Assembly (NCBI GenBank): GCA_022840695.1
Contig: JALHDC010000004.1
Span: forward strand, 22,907-86,906
DNA from: a bacterium
GTDB lineage: Bacteria; Patescibacteriota; Dojkabacteria; SC72
DNA length: 64,000 nt
Reading direction: 5' to 3'
Shown here: piece after piece, positions 10,559-20,557 of the stretch
How positions within the stretch are numbered: position 1 is the first letter of the stretch
How the letters are laid out: each line of letters opens with the position of its first letter
Program-made: the position numbers and the translations under genes
The notes under the pieces: model-generated
What the model was told of the DNA's origin: nothing
What the model saw: the letters and a program-made list of their open reading frames with translations, nothing else
The model's database searches: none

Positions 10559-11083
10559 ATGAGTATTATGAAAAAACCAATATGTATACTTTTTGCAGGA
10601 CCAGTAGGATCATCTAAAAGTCCAATAGCTAATCATCTATCTTGGAATTTAGGATTACCAATATTTAATAGAGATGCTATTAGAACAGAAGTAAGGGAAG
10701 ATACTCTTGTTATAGAAAAGGATCCGGAGATTCTTCATCAAATAACGGAGGAAAGATTGGGGAAACTAGTGAAGAGTCAGAAATCCTTTATTTTAGATAG
10801 TAGTATGGATAGAAAGTATAAGGAAGTTAAGGAAGGACTTGAGGAATATGGTTATGAAAGATTTTTGATTAGTATAGATATATCTAAAGATTTTCTTCTT
10901 AAGTTATATAAGGCAAAAGGGTATATAGAGAGTATAGATTTGGTAGATAGATTTATTGAAGATCATCAAAAGTTTCTAGAAGAATATGGTGAAGAAGTTG
11001 ATATTAGAATAGATGATAATAATTTTCTAGATAGATTGAATATATGTCTAAAAGCTGTAGAAAAATATATTGGGAGTAAATAA
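10559..11083 (+). CDS. P-loop nucleotide kinase-like (AAA_33) protein
   Basis: GPVGSSKS Walker A variant, D.IR, ILDS. Confidence 0.7.
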   Translation: MSIMKKPICILFAGPVGSSKSPIANHLSWNLGLPIFNRDAIRTEVREDTLVIEKDPEILHQITEERLGKLVKSQKSFILDSSMDRKYKEVKEGLEEYGYERFLISIDISKDFLLKLYKAKGYIESIDLVDRFIEDHQKFLEEYGEEVDIRIDDNNFLDRLNICLKAVEKYIGSK

Positions 11084-11629
11084 TTACTTCTCTTCTTTCT
11101 TCTTTTTTGTTGTATTCTTTTTCGCGGTTTTCTTTTTAGTAGGAGTCTTTTCTTCAACAGGAGTTGTCTCCTCTTCTTTTACTTCTACTTCCTCAGGTGT
11201 AAGAATTTTTAGTAGTTTATCCAATTTAGCACTGATACTACCTAATTGATCTTTTAATTCCGATATATTTTCATTATTACCTTTGCTACTTGTATTTCTT
11301 CTGGGACTTACCTCATCAAAACATCTACTACAGTATATTGGCTTATCTGGACTTGGTTTAAAAGGTACTTCACAATCCTTTCCACACTCATCACATACTG
11401 CATGGAACATCTCTTTCCTACCTGTATCTCTTCTGTTACTATCTCTTCCTCTATCCGAGCTATTATCATGTCTTTCAAAACAATCACTACAGTATATTGG
11501 CTTATCCCCAGATGGTCTAAAAGGTACTTTACAATCTTTTCCACATTCATCACATACAGCATCATGCATAGTAGGTCTATCAAACCTGTTACTACCTCTT
11601 GATCTGTTATTTCTATCATATCTACCCAT
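11084..11629 (-). CDS. tandem CxxC-x17-CxxC zinc-ribbon protein
   Basis: Two AVCDECGKDC.VPF.P..DKPIYCS.CF units, coiled coil, Lys-rich tail. Confidence 0.9.
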   Translation of the reverse strand: MGRYDRNNRSRGSNRFDRPTMHDAVCDECGKDCKVPFRPSGDKPIYCSDCFERHDNSSDRGRDSNRRDTGRKEMFHAVCDECGKDCEVPFKPSPDKPIYCSRCFDEVSPRRNTSSKGNNENISELKDQLGSISAKLDKLLKILTPEEVEVKEEETTPVEEKTPTKKKTAKKNTTKKKKEEK

Positions 11630-11727
11630 AATTAATATCTATAAAATATATGTTGCTGTACACTATATGTTTTTAATGCAGAAATAGCAAGGAATATTAC
11701 TAATACAATCTTTTAAAGAAAATCTAT

Positions 11728-12441
11728 TTATCTGACACTTACACTTGCAGGTACAGTACCCTTAAATCTGACACCATCTGATGTAACTACTGCCTCCTGT
11801 ACATTTGTATCATCTGATAATGTTCTTGTTCTCTGTGTTATGTCTTCTAACACTCCTCCCATCGCAGAAGAGATTGTAGAAGGTAATGTGAATCCTGCCA
11901 CTTTAAAATCCTGTACATCTATACTTACAACATTACCTACGATAGATGCTGTACCTTTCGCATACAAAGGTAGTGGATCTGGAATATATTCAAGATAGCT
12001 CTTAGCTTTAGATATATCTTTATCTGTATATCCTAACATCTTGGCAAATGACTCTGCTGTAGCTACAGATATAGAAGATGATGCCTCAACTGTACCATCT
12101 GAATTAATTTTAATTTGTGAATTACTAAAAGGTAGATCACTCCATTCACTCTCCCATGCTGCTATCCAAGAATTAATTTCATTCTGTGTAAATGTATGCT
12201 CTATATCTATGCCTCCTTCAAATACCAATTCTCCACTCTTAGGAGTTTCTCCCTTAAGATTATTCACATATCCTATTTCATCATAGTATGAATATATTTC
12301 ATCTGGAGTCTGTGCTACATCTAACTCTACCTGTTTAAATATCAAGGAAGAAAGTGCAGGGATCTTTCCCATAAAGGTTAAAACACCAACTCCAACCAAT
12401 ACTACCACAAGTATAGTTATTATTAAGAATATCTTTCTCAT
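11728..12441 (-). CDS. membrane-anchored hypothetical protein
   Basis: N-terminal TM; beta-rich soluble domain. Confidence 0.7.
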   Translation of the reverse strand: MRKIFLIITILVVVLVGVGVLTFMGKIPALSSLIFKQVELDVAQTPDEIYSYYDEIGYVNNLKGETPKSGELVFEGGIDIEHTFTQNEINSWIAAWESEWSDLPFSNSQIKINSDGTVEASSSISVATAESFAKMLGYTDKDISKAKSYLEYIPDPLPLYAKGTASIVGNVVSIDVQDFKVAGFTLPSTISSAMGGVLEDITQRTRTLSDDTNVQEAVVTSDGVRFKGTVPASVSVR

Positions 12442-12515
12442 AATATATGTTTAAAAAGTAATATACATAAATATATATTGAGGGCTTAGCAATGTAAATA
12501 GATGGATATGTATGG

Positions 12516-14018
12516 TTAAGTTATTCCAACTCTATCAATATACTCCTCCTTGTAATATCCAAAATACTCCTCTGGCATTAGTATTACTTTATCTATACCC
12601 AAATTCTTTACAAAATTAGGCTCATGACTCACTAAAAGAATAGTACCTTTGTATTCCTGTAGAGCATTTAAAAGTACACTCTGTGAATCTGGATCTAAAT
12701 ATGTGGTTGGCTCATCCAAAAGTAGTACATTATGTCCACCTGCAAACAGCTTAGCTAAAGCTAATCTTGTTTTCTCCCCTCCAGAAAGAGTTCTAACCTT
12801 TTGATCTATCATATCTCCAGTTAGAAGGAATCTTCCTAAGAATTTTCGCTTATCTATACTGCCCCAATCTAATTTGTATATATTTTCCCAAACGGTTTTT
12901 GAATAATCTAAATCTTCATTCTCTTGAGAGTAGTATCCTACATTAGTATTAAATCCCCATTTATATGATCCGGTAGTAGGTTCTAATCTCTCTGCTAATA
13001 TCTTTAGAAGTGTAGTTTTTCCCACACCATTTTTACCAATAATTGCAACTCTCTCATACCTCTCAACTTCAAAAGAGATGTCTCTAAGAACTGGAATATT
13101 CTTTACATACTCTTTTGATATATTCTTAACTTCTAATACCAATTTATTACTCTGTTGAGGGACTGGTATAGAGACTTGCATCTTTTTTCCTTTCCTTGTT
13201 CTCATTTCCAATTCTTTTACATTCTCTTTAAGTTCCTTGGCTTGCTCAAATCTTCTTGCTGCTCTCCTTTTCTCTTTAATACTTTTTCTTCCAGAAAGAG
13301 TTTGAGCTAATTGAAACATTTTTTTAGCTTTTCTTTCTTCGCTTAATAGTTGTTTAAACAGAAATTCATCTCTTAACTCCTTTACTTTCATAAATTGTTC
13401 ATAATTGCCTCTGTATACCTCAACTTTATGATCCCTTTCATTTAAATACCAAATTTTTGTAATTCCCTTATTCATTAATCTGAGATCATGGGAGACTACA
13501 AGTACTGCTTTTGGATATGTAATGAGATATCTCATCAACCATTCAGCGGAGGGTATGTCTAGGAAGTTAGTAGGTTCATCTAGTATTAGTAGGTCTGACT
13601 TTTCTAAGAGAATTCTAATAATCTCTATCTTAATTTTCTGTCCACCAGATAGTTCACTTAATTTAGAATCACAATCCTTATCACTCATTTTTAAGTGATT
13701 TAACAGTTTCTTTATCTCCCATTCTTCAGAATCTATACCTTTTTGAACAATGATATATTCTCCAATGGTTAAGTTAGAAAAATTATCTATATCCATTTGA
13801 TTATGTGTTTCTTGGGCAATGTATGATACTGATCCTTTTATCTGTATATCTCCATAATCTGGTTCTTCTAATCCTGCTATGAGTTTGAGTAGGGTAGTTT
13901 TTCCAGCACCATTTACTCCTACCAATCCTACCTTGTCAGTAGAATATAATGTAAGAGTAATATTATTTAATATTTCTTTGTTCCCTCTTTTAAGAGTTAT
14001 ATTCTCTATATTTAGCAT
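12516..14018 (-). CDS. ABC-F family ATP-binding protein
   Basis: Two ABC domains (GVNGAGKT/LSGGQ/DEPT; GKNGVGKT/LSGGE/DEPT), no TM. Confidence 0.93.
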   Translation of the reverse strand: MLNIENITLKRGNKEILNNITLTLYSTDKVGLVGVNGAGKTTLLKLIAGLEEPDYGDIQIKGSVSYIAQETHNQMDIDNFSNLTIGEYIIVQKGIDSEEWEIKKLLNHLKMSDKDCDSKLSELSGGQKIKIEIIRILLEKSDLLILDEPTNFLDIPSAEWLMRYLITYPKAVLVVSHDLRLMNKGITKIWYLNERDHKVEVYRGNYEQFMKVKELRDEFLFKQLLSEERKAKKMFQLAQTLSGRKSIKEKRRAARRFEQAKELKENVKELEMRTRKGKKMQVSIPVPQQSNKLVLEVKNISKEYVKNIPVLRDISFEVERYERVAIIGKNGVGKTTLLKILAERLEPTTGSYKWGFNTNVGYYSQENEDLDYSKTVWENIYKLDWGSIDKRKFLGRFLLTGDMIDQKVRTLSGGEKTRLALAKLFAGGHNVLLLDEPTTYLDPDSQSVLLNALQEYKGTILLVSHEPNFVKNLGIDKVILMPEEYFGYYKEEYIDRVGIT

Positions 14019-14114
14019 AGATGCAATTATATCAATATTTTAGTATTAGTACTGATAGAAATGAGTAAAAAGTATTTACAAAGGTTTTTTGATTTGTTAA
14101 TCTAAATTTAGTAT

Positions 14115-16748
14115 ATGAAAAAACCTGTCTATATCGTTACATTTCTTCTAACTATAGTATGTTTTTTTCTTTTTTCTTTCCCACTCAAAGTAGATGCTTT
14201 TTCAGGAACAGGAAGTGGTACTGATATAGATCCATATGTCATTATGACATGTGAGCAACTTCAAGAGATTCAGGATGATGCTACTGGATATTATGTGTTA
14301 GGGCAGAATATAGATTGTTCTGATACTATTAATTGGAATAGTGGTTTGGGATTTCTTCCTATAGGGGGAGGACAGGATTTCTGGGGAATTTTAGATGGAA
14401 TGGGATTTACAATATATGATCTATATATTAATAGACCAGAAGATTATAGTGTTGGGCTTTTTCATACAATCGAAGGAGGAATAGTTGGGAGCTTAACTCT
14501 TGAAAGGGCATATATTAGAGGTTATTCCAAAGTTGGTGCATTAGTTTCTAACTCTGCTGGGGGTGAATACTACTATGTTAATGTTGTGGATTCATCTGTT
14601 GTAGCTGCTGGGTACTCAGATTCAAAGGTTGGTGGTTTGGTTGGATATAGTGAGGATGAATTAATTTTGGAAGGATGTACTTTTGAAGGTACAGTTACTG
14701 GAGAAAATATTGTAGGAGGGATAATTGGTCATCTTTACGGATCAGGAGAGATTACCGATTCAATCAATTATGGAGCTATTAGTGGAAAATCTGAAGTAGG
14801 TGGGTTAGTAGGGTATGCAGAAGAGGGTGTGTCTGTTACAAATTCACATAATACTGGAGAAATATCTGGTTATAGGAGGGTGGGTGGTATAGTTGGCTAC
14901 TCTTATGGGAATACAACCATAACAAGTTCTTACAATTTAGGAATTATAAATGGGTACTATAGAGTAGGAGGACTAGTGGGATCTGTAGAAAATCAAGTAA
15001 TAATTGGAGAATCATATAACGAGGGTAATATAGTATCTCTTTTTGAAGAGTATAATTCAGATCAAATACCTTTATATGATAGTGAATATATATGTATAGG
15101 AGGATTGGTTGGTGCTGCATGGAATTCCACTATTACCGAATCTTTCAATGAAGGAGATTTACAAGCTATTGGGGGTTCAAGAAGTATTGGTGGATTATTA
15201 GGTTGTGGAGGACTATTAAGTATTGAAAAATCATATAACTTAGGAAATATCACTGCACAAGTAATTCTTTCTAATGGAGATTTTGATGGTATAGGGGGAT
15301 TAGTGGGATTAGGTATTAATTCTAGTATAAAGAATTCATACAATAAGGGCTCTTTTACTATGTCCTCGTGGGATTCCACCCTTCAGGATCTTGAAAATAT
15401 AAATGATGCTCCTAGCCTTGGTGGTTTAGGAGGTTTGTTAGTAGTTTCAAATATAGAAAATTCATATAGTAGCAGTAATATGGATTTGGATGATATAGGT
15501 TCTAGTGGTGTAGGTGTGGCTGTTGGTGGGATCATAGGAAGGCTTTTAATGGATAGTTTAGTATTATCGGATATTGTAAATTTCATAGGTAAGGATTTTG
15601 TCGCTAAAACTACTGAGTTCTTTTTAAAGATAGCAAATAGTTTTGCTAATATGGTATTGCAAAACTATAGCAGTAGCTATGAAAACATAAAGATAGGAGG
15701 ATTAATAGGAATTTTGAATATAGAGAGTTGTGAAGGAGAGGATTGTGCATTGGGTTTGGCTGTTTTAAATAATACCTGGTGGTCAAATGGTGTAGATAAG
15801 GGTATTGGTGAGGTAAATTATGAGGGTGATGCATCTTTTTATCAGCAAAATCAAGCCACTGATTCTTTTGAGAAAGTAAGTAATATGGATATATTTAAGA
15901 CATATTCACATAAGGTATATAATACAGATCCTGATTGGGATTTTGATACCATATGGAGTAATGTATACGATGGAAAAGGATATCCTGTATTAGGTATACA
16001 AAATTTAGTTATGCCGTCTGCACCGGTCTCTAATGTAGCTTCAGGTACATATTCTACTGGTTTTAATGTATCTCTTTCTTCAGCAGGAAGTAGTAGTATT
16101 AGGTATACAGTTAATGGATCAGTACCTACATGTAGTACGGGTACAGTATACACAACTGCTATTTCAGTATCTGTTACATCTGTAATTAGAGCGATTGGGT
16201 GTGTGGATGATGTTTCATCTTCTCTTTCTGAATTTACATATGTAATAGTTCAACCTCAAACAGAAACCCCTACACCTCCTGTTATAGATACAACACCATC
16301 TTTAACAACAGTAATAACGAGAAGGAATGTTATATATACATATATTCCTCCATTAGAGGAGGAAGTGGAGGAGGATGAGGTAGAGGAGATTGTGGTAGAA
16401 GAGAAGGATGAAGAGGAAAGTTTCGGGTATAGGATAAGGATAGTTGATAATAAGGGAAATGTATTAGCTGGTGCGAAGGTAATTATTGAGGGTAGAGAGT
16501 ATTTAACTGATGAGAATGGAGAAGTTGTAATTCAGGATTTTGAAGAGGGTGAGTATATAATAAAGGTTATATATGATGGAAAGGAATATGAGGAGAGTAT
16601 GATATTGGGAGAGGATGATAAGGTACAGGAAATAATTGTAGAGGATAGTAAAAAATTCCCTTGGTGGGTAGTGATAGTTTTAAGCTCAGTGATAGTATTA
16701 GCTTTTGTGTATAAAGGTATTAATAAATCAGAGGATCAATATAGTTAA
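14115..16748 (+). CDS. GLUG-repeat surface protein with Fn3-associated and Ig-like domains and a C-terminal TM anchor
   Basis: Signal peptide, GSGT..DPY.I, repeated VGGLVG, IRYTVNGSVP, C-terminal TM. Confidence 0.85.
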   Translation: MKKPVYIVTFLLTIVCFFLFSFPLKVDAFSGTGSGTDIDPYVIMTCEQLQEIQDDATGYYVLGQNIDCSDTINWNSGLGFLPIGGGQDFWGILDGMGFTIYDLYINRPEDYSVGLFHTIEGGIVGSLTLERAYIRGYSKVGALVSNSAGGEYYYVNVVDSSVVAAGYSDSKVGGLVGYSEDELILEGCTFEGTVTGENIVGGIIGHLYGSGEITDSINYGAISGKSEVGGLVGYAEEGVSVTNSHNTGEISGYRRVGGIVGYSYGNTTITSSYNLGIINGYYRVGGLVGSVENQVIIGESYNEGNIVSLFEEYNSDQIPLYDSEYICIGGLVGAAWNSTITESFNEGDLQAIGGSRSIGGLLGCGGLLSIEKSYNLGNITAQVILSNGDFDGIGGLVGLGINSSIKNSYNKGSFTMSSWDSTLQDLENINDAPSLGGLGGLLVVSNIENSYSSSNMDLDDIGSSGVGVAVGGIIGRLLMDSLVLSDIVNFIGKDFVAKTTEFFLKIANSFANMVLQNYSSSYENIKIGGLIGILNIESCEGEDCALGLAVLNNTWWSNGVDKGIGEVNYEGDASFYQQNQATDSFEKVSNMDIFKTYSHKVYNTDPDWDFDTIWSNVYDGKGYPVLGIQNLVMPSAPVSNVASGTYSTGFNVSLSSAGSSSIRYTVNGSVPTCSTGTVYTTAISVSVTSVIRAIGCVDDVSSSLSEFTYVIVQPQTETPTPPVIDTTPSLTTVITRRNVIYTYIPPLEEEVEEDEVEEIVVEEKDEEESFGYRIRIVDNKGNVLAGAKVIIEGREYLTDENGEVVIQDFEEGEYIIKVIYDGKEYEESMILGEDDKVQEIIVEDSKKFPWWVVIVLSSVIVLAFVYKGINKSEDQYS

Positions 16749-16802
16749 AGTAGTTTTTTGTTTCCTAGAAGTTCTTTTCATTTAATATAATTTTTATACA
16801 AT

Positions 16803-17684
16803 ATGGATATAGTTAAAAGATTTAATGAGATTTTTTCAAATAGAAAACTCTTTATAAAAATAATATTGGTAATATCAGTATTCCTTATAACCCTTCTATT
16901 GATTCTCAAAGGTTTTAGTCTATGGATCGGTATTTTAATTTTTCTTTGGATTGCACTTACTGTAGTTAATTTCACAAAACTATATACTATACTCTCCTCC
17001 TTTATATGGTTAATATTTTTTTCTATTCTACTTATACTCTCCATTTCATTCTTCTTTATTAATACCAACTCAAAAGATAGTACAAGCAATGTTCCGAAAT
17101 TAACACCAGAGGAATGTAAACCGTATGCAGAGCAATATGATGGAAAGGTTCTTAATATATCTGGAGAGAATTTAATAGGGAGTATTGGTATTAGTATGGA
17201 TCCAGAGGAGTGTAAACTTATTGGTAGATATATAATTACATTTACAACTGATCTTCCTGAAAATCCTGAAGAAAGAATAGTAGGTGGTTATCCATATAAC
17301 TATATAGTTTTGTTAAGAGAGTCATCAAATGCAGAAAGAAAATATTCGGGTAGTGGAGTGTTAAGTGTGGTTAGAAGGAATGGTATGTCTCTTCCTGACG
17401 CTTTTGCTGATAGTATTTCTATATCAGAGTATTATGTAGAACCTGGTACATATTATGATGGAGAATCTATAAATTTCTATTGGACTTATGAAATAAATAC
17501 CAATTTTAGTGAGGAGAGGTATGAGAAAATTTTTAAAGAAGTATATTTTGATATAGTAGATGGATTACCTTTTATAGAGGTTACAGATGAGGGAGATGGA
17601 TTTACATCATCATCTATTAATCATGATAGGGCAGAAGTAGAGGGAGATATAGTTAAGTCATTTAAGTTAACTATATCGGAGTAG
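16803..17684 (+). CDS. membrane-anchored hypothetical protein
   Basis: Three N-terminal hydrophobic segments then a soluble domain. Confidence 0.7.
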   Translation: MDIVKRFNEIFSNRKLFIKIILVISVFLITLLLILKGFSLWIGILIFLWIALTVVNFTKLYTILSSFIWLIFFSILLILSISFFFINTNSKDSTSNVPKLTPEECKPYAEQYDGKVLNISGENLIGSIGISMDPEECKLIGRYIITFTTDLPENPEERIVGGYPYNYIVLLRESSNAERKYSGSGVLSVVRRNGMSLPDAFADSISISEYYVEPGTYYDGESINFYWTYEINTNFSEERYEKIFKEVYFDIVDGLPFIEVTDEGDGFTSSSINHDRAEVEGDIVKSFKLTISE

Positions 17685-17802
17685 GGGGAATGATCTGTGG
17701 TAGTTATTTATGTATAAAATATTTGGATAGCTAATATCAATTATTCGTGTAGAAAAATATGTTCAACTAAGTGTGGATAGTTGTATCTGTTATAATATTT
17801 TT

Positions 17803-18438
17803 ATGTCCAACATATACAACATAAATACAATAAAATCAGACAATAAAAAGATACAAGATTTCTATGATAGAGCTATGAAAGAATTAATACAGTTCTATGG
17901 TATTAATTGGATAGATAATACTCCTGTTATATATGTAGTAGGTAGTAGAAAGGACTTTAATATTATGGCTGGATATGATACAGAGGATTGGGAAGTAGGT
18001 AAGGCATATGATGATAATAAGTTACTTTTGTTCTCTCCTGATAGTTATGAAAAAGAGAGTACACATAAATATTCTGATAATGAATATTATTCCTTAATTA
18101 AGCATGAGTTAAGTCATCTGTTCTTCAATATATTTTCTACGAGTGGAGAACCTGCATGGTTAAATGAGGGTTTCGCTATATATACATCAGGTCAGTCAAG
18201 TAAAAAGGAAAGACCTAAGGAATATAGAAATTTTCTTAAATATTATTCTACTGAAGATAAATATGTATATTCTGAGTCAGGGTTTGTAGTAGAGGGGTTA
18301 ATAAAGAAATATGGTAAGGATAGGGTAGTTGGTTTTTTAAAGAGGTTGTGTGATGTAAATAGTGAGGATAGTTTTAAAAAAGAATTTGAAGAGTATTTTG
18401 GTATAGAATTGGGGTATGGGAGTATTAATGGGTTGTAA
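17803..18438 (+). CDS. peptidase MA-like zinc metalloprotease
   Basis: HELSH...PAWLNEGFA gluzincin signature; ATG 6 nt after TATAAT. Confidence 0.8.
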   Translation: MSNIYNINTIKSDNKKIQDFYDRAMKELIQFYGINWIDNTPVIYVVGSRKDFNIMAGYDTEDWEVGKAYDDNKLLLFSPDSYEKESTHKYSDNEYYSLIKHELSHLFFNIFSTSGEPAWLNEGFAIYTSGQSSKKERPKEYRNFLKYYSTEDKYVYSESGFVVEGLIKKYGKDRVVGFLKRLCDVNSEDSFKKEFEEYFGIELGYGSINGL

Positions 18439-18440
18439 TT

Positions 18441-18671
18441 TTATTTTTTAGAACAGTCCTCTACATCTATAAGTAGTTCGTCTTTCTTTTTCTCTGAAGT
18501 AAATCTGTATAACTTGTCATCTGTTTGTTTCTCTTCATATCCCAGAGAATCTAGTATAAGAGCTACCTTATTTATTTTTTCTTTGTCTAGTTTAGAGATC
18601 TTTTTAAAAGCTTTTATATTTATATCTATTTCATATATTTTTTTATTATCTTTGTAATGAGTAAATTGCAT
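18441..18671 (-). CDS. small hypothetical protein
   Basis: 76-aa ORF filling the intergenic gap. Confidence 0.45.
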   Translation of the reverse strand: MQFTHYKDNKKIYEIDINIKAFKKISKLDKEKINKVALILDSLGYEEKQTDDKLYRFTSEKKKDELLIDVEDCSKK

Positions 18672-18702
18672 AGTATGAAAATTCTGAAATAAAATAATTT
18701 TT

Positions 18703-18743
18703 GAGGAGGAAAGACTATACTAAGATTTTGTTCTTTCCTCCTC
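18703..18743. terminator. hairpin downstream of the 67-aa ORF
   Basis: GAGGAGGAAAGA...TCTTTCCTCCTC inverted repeat. Confidence 0.55.
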
Positions 18744-18771
18744 GCTCTGGGGGTTAAAGGATTGGTGTGTT

Positions 18772-18975
18772 TTAATTGGTATTTGAATGGAAGTTAGAGT
18801 CGTTTCCTTTGGAATCTGTATCCCAGGACATTCTTGAACTTCCGCGATCGGTGGTTACGGATTCTGTAGTATGTTTGGATCCATCATCATGAGTTACCTC
18901 ATGTAGGTCTCTGCGGACAGGTCCTCCAGAGACTTCACTCCCTTGGGAGTCATTTCTCCATCTTTTATCGCTCAT
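18772..18975 (-). CDS. 67-aa hydrophilic small protein
   Basis: Strong AGGAGG SD before ATG, upstream TGTATAAT, visibly higher GC than flanks. Confidence 0.75.
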   Translation of the reverse strand: MSDKRWRNDSQGSEVSGGPVRRDLHEVTHDDGSKHTTESVTTDRGSSRMSWDTDSKGNDSNFHSNTN

Positions 18976-19120
18976 TTGAGCCTCCTGTTCTAATGGTCCC
19001 TTAACCTTTAAAAGAGCTATATATTATACAATGATGAGTAAAATCTTGAAAGAATACCTAGCTTTTTGAAAGAATGTGAATTTTCATATTTTAAAATCCG
19101 ATTTTCTTAAATCTCTTTCC

Positions 19121-19267
19121 CTAATACTTAATCCTAAGCAACATCATAGGTATAGGACATATATATAATTTTCTTTTTTCTTTATCTATATATATCCCTA
19201 TCCATATATCATACCAAGCAAATGATATTCTAATATTACCGGTTTCTAATATTTTATAATCTTTCAT
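19121..19267 (-). CDS. 48-aa small protein (not in ORF track)
   Basis: MKDYKILETGNIRISFAWYDIWIGIYIDKEKRKLYICPIPMMLLRIKY; starts 3 nt after the NUDIX stop. Confidence 0.7.
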   Translation of the reverse strand: MKDYKILETGNIRISFAWYDIWIGIYIDKEKRKLYICPIPMMLLRIKY

Positions 19268-19270
19268 ATA

Positions 19271-19840
19271 TTAATTTGTATACTTTAATTCCCTCATCTT
19301 CCTAATTCCCTTATCATATACATATTGCATATATGGCTCTATAGATATTTCAACCATTTTCTCTATTGGTACCCATTTAACATCATTATTCTCTCCTTCC
19401 CTAATATGTAAACTCTCTCTCTCATCTCCTTCTAGTAGGAAGGCTACAGTCAGATGTACATGTGCAGGTACATACTTACCATTCTTAGTATGTCCATATA
19501 CAGGTAGTGTATCTAAGGTAAGTATATCTTTAGATATTGGTACTATATTGTTTAATCCTGATTCTTCCTTAGCTTCCTTTATAGCAACACCTAATAGATC
19601 AGTATCTCCATCTACATGCCCTCCTAACCATCCCCAAGAGTTATATATATTATGATGATGATTCACTATCTTTGTTCTCTCTTTATTCAATACAAAAGCA
19701 GAGGAACATAGATGTCCATATTCATTATTCCTTGTTAGACAATCATCAAAGGAATTTAGATACTTAAGAAAAATTTCTTTATCTTTTACCTCTTGTTCGT
19801 TATATGGTTGATAATTTTGTATCTGAGAAAGGATATCCAT
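19271..19840 (-). CDS. NUDIX hydrolase
   Basis: HLCSSAFV, GGHVDG...AIKEAKEESG Nudix box. Confidence 0.92.
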   Translation of the reverse strand: MDILSQIQNYQPYNEQEVKDKEIFLKYLNSFDDCLTRNNEYGHLCSSAFVLNKERTKIVNHHHNIYNSWGWLGGHVDGDTDLLGVAIKEAKEESGLNNIVPISKDILTLDTLPVYGHTKNGKYVPAHVHLTVAFLLEGDERESLHIREGENNDVKWVPIEKMVEISIEPYMQYVYDKGIRKMRELKYTN

Positions 19841-19967
19841 AATCTAAGATAATTCTATATATTACTCCATCAAATGGCAATGTATATGATGTTTTTTGAT
19901 TCCATTAGCTGGCTAATATACATTATATTGTAATATAATACACCATTAATATATTAATACTAACCAT

Positions 19968-20534
19968 ATGCCATTTGAAAATAACATAGAGCAGGGAATA
20001 CAATCTACTGAAATATTAACAGTGGAAGACTTTAAAGATTTAAATCTCCCTGAAGTATTACAACCATACACAGGTATAGGAGCTACATCATTTGCAGAAT
20101 ATGATAAAAAGTCTGATCCTAATAATTGGAAAAACCAAGATACTCAGAAAAGAGAATATCTAGAAAGTTTAGGTATACATACTCCAGAGGAATGGTTGAT
20201 AAAGGAGGAAGGAACAGGTGAAATGAAAATAGAACAGGATAAAAGAGCTCTCTTTGTCACTATGTTCATACTAACAGGACACATATTAGCTACAGAGGAT
20301 ATTAGAAGAGTAGGTGGAAATATAGAGGATTTCCAAGAGGTATTAGATGATAGAAATGCACAGATAATGGAACATAGATTAGATAAATATGGAATGAGAA
20401 GAGTATTAGAAGATGGTAGTACAGTAGAGAGTCATTATGAAAAATTAAAACTTTCTGCAAATCCTGAAAAAAGAGTATCTATGGAAGAGTTAATAAATAT
20501 TAAACAGTATATATTTGAACAGTTAAAGAAATAG
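19968..20534 (+). CDS. hypothetical protein
   Basis: 188-aa ORF with host-like codon usage. Confidence 0.7.
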   Translation: MPFENNIEQGIQSTEILTVEDFKDLNLPEVLQPYTGIGATSFAEYDKKSDPNNWKNQDTQKREYLESLGIHTPEEWLIKEEGTGEMKIEQDKRALFVTMFILTGHILATEDIRRVGGNIEDFQEVLDDRNAQIMEHRLDKYGMRRVLEDGSTVESHYEKLKLSANPEKRVSMEELINIKQYIFEQLKK

Positions 20535-20557
20535 TTTCTAAATTAACCAATAAATAC

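Noticed and set aside
11327-11506. 21-bp direct repeat 159 bp apart
   Set aside because: Explained by the duplicated zinc-ribbon domain within the CDS.
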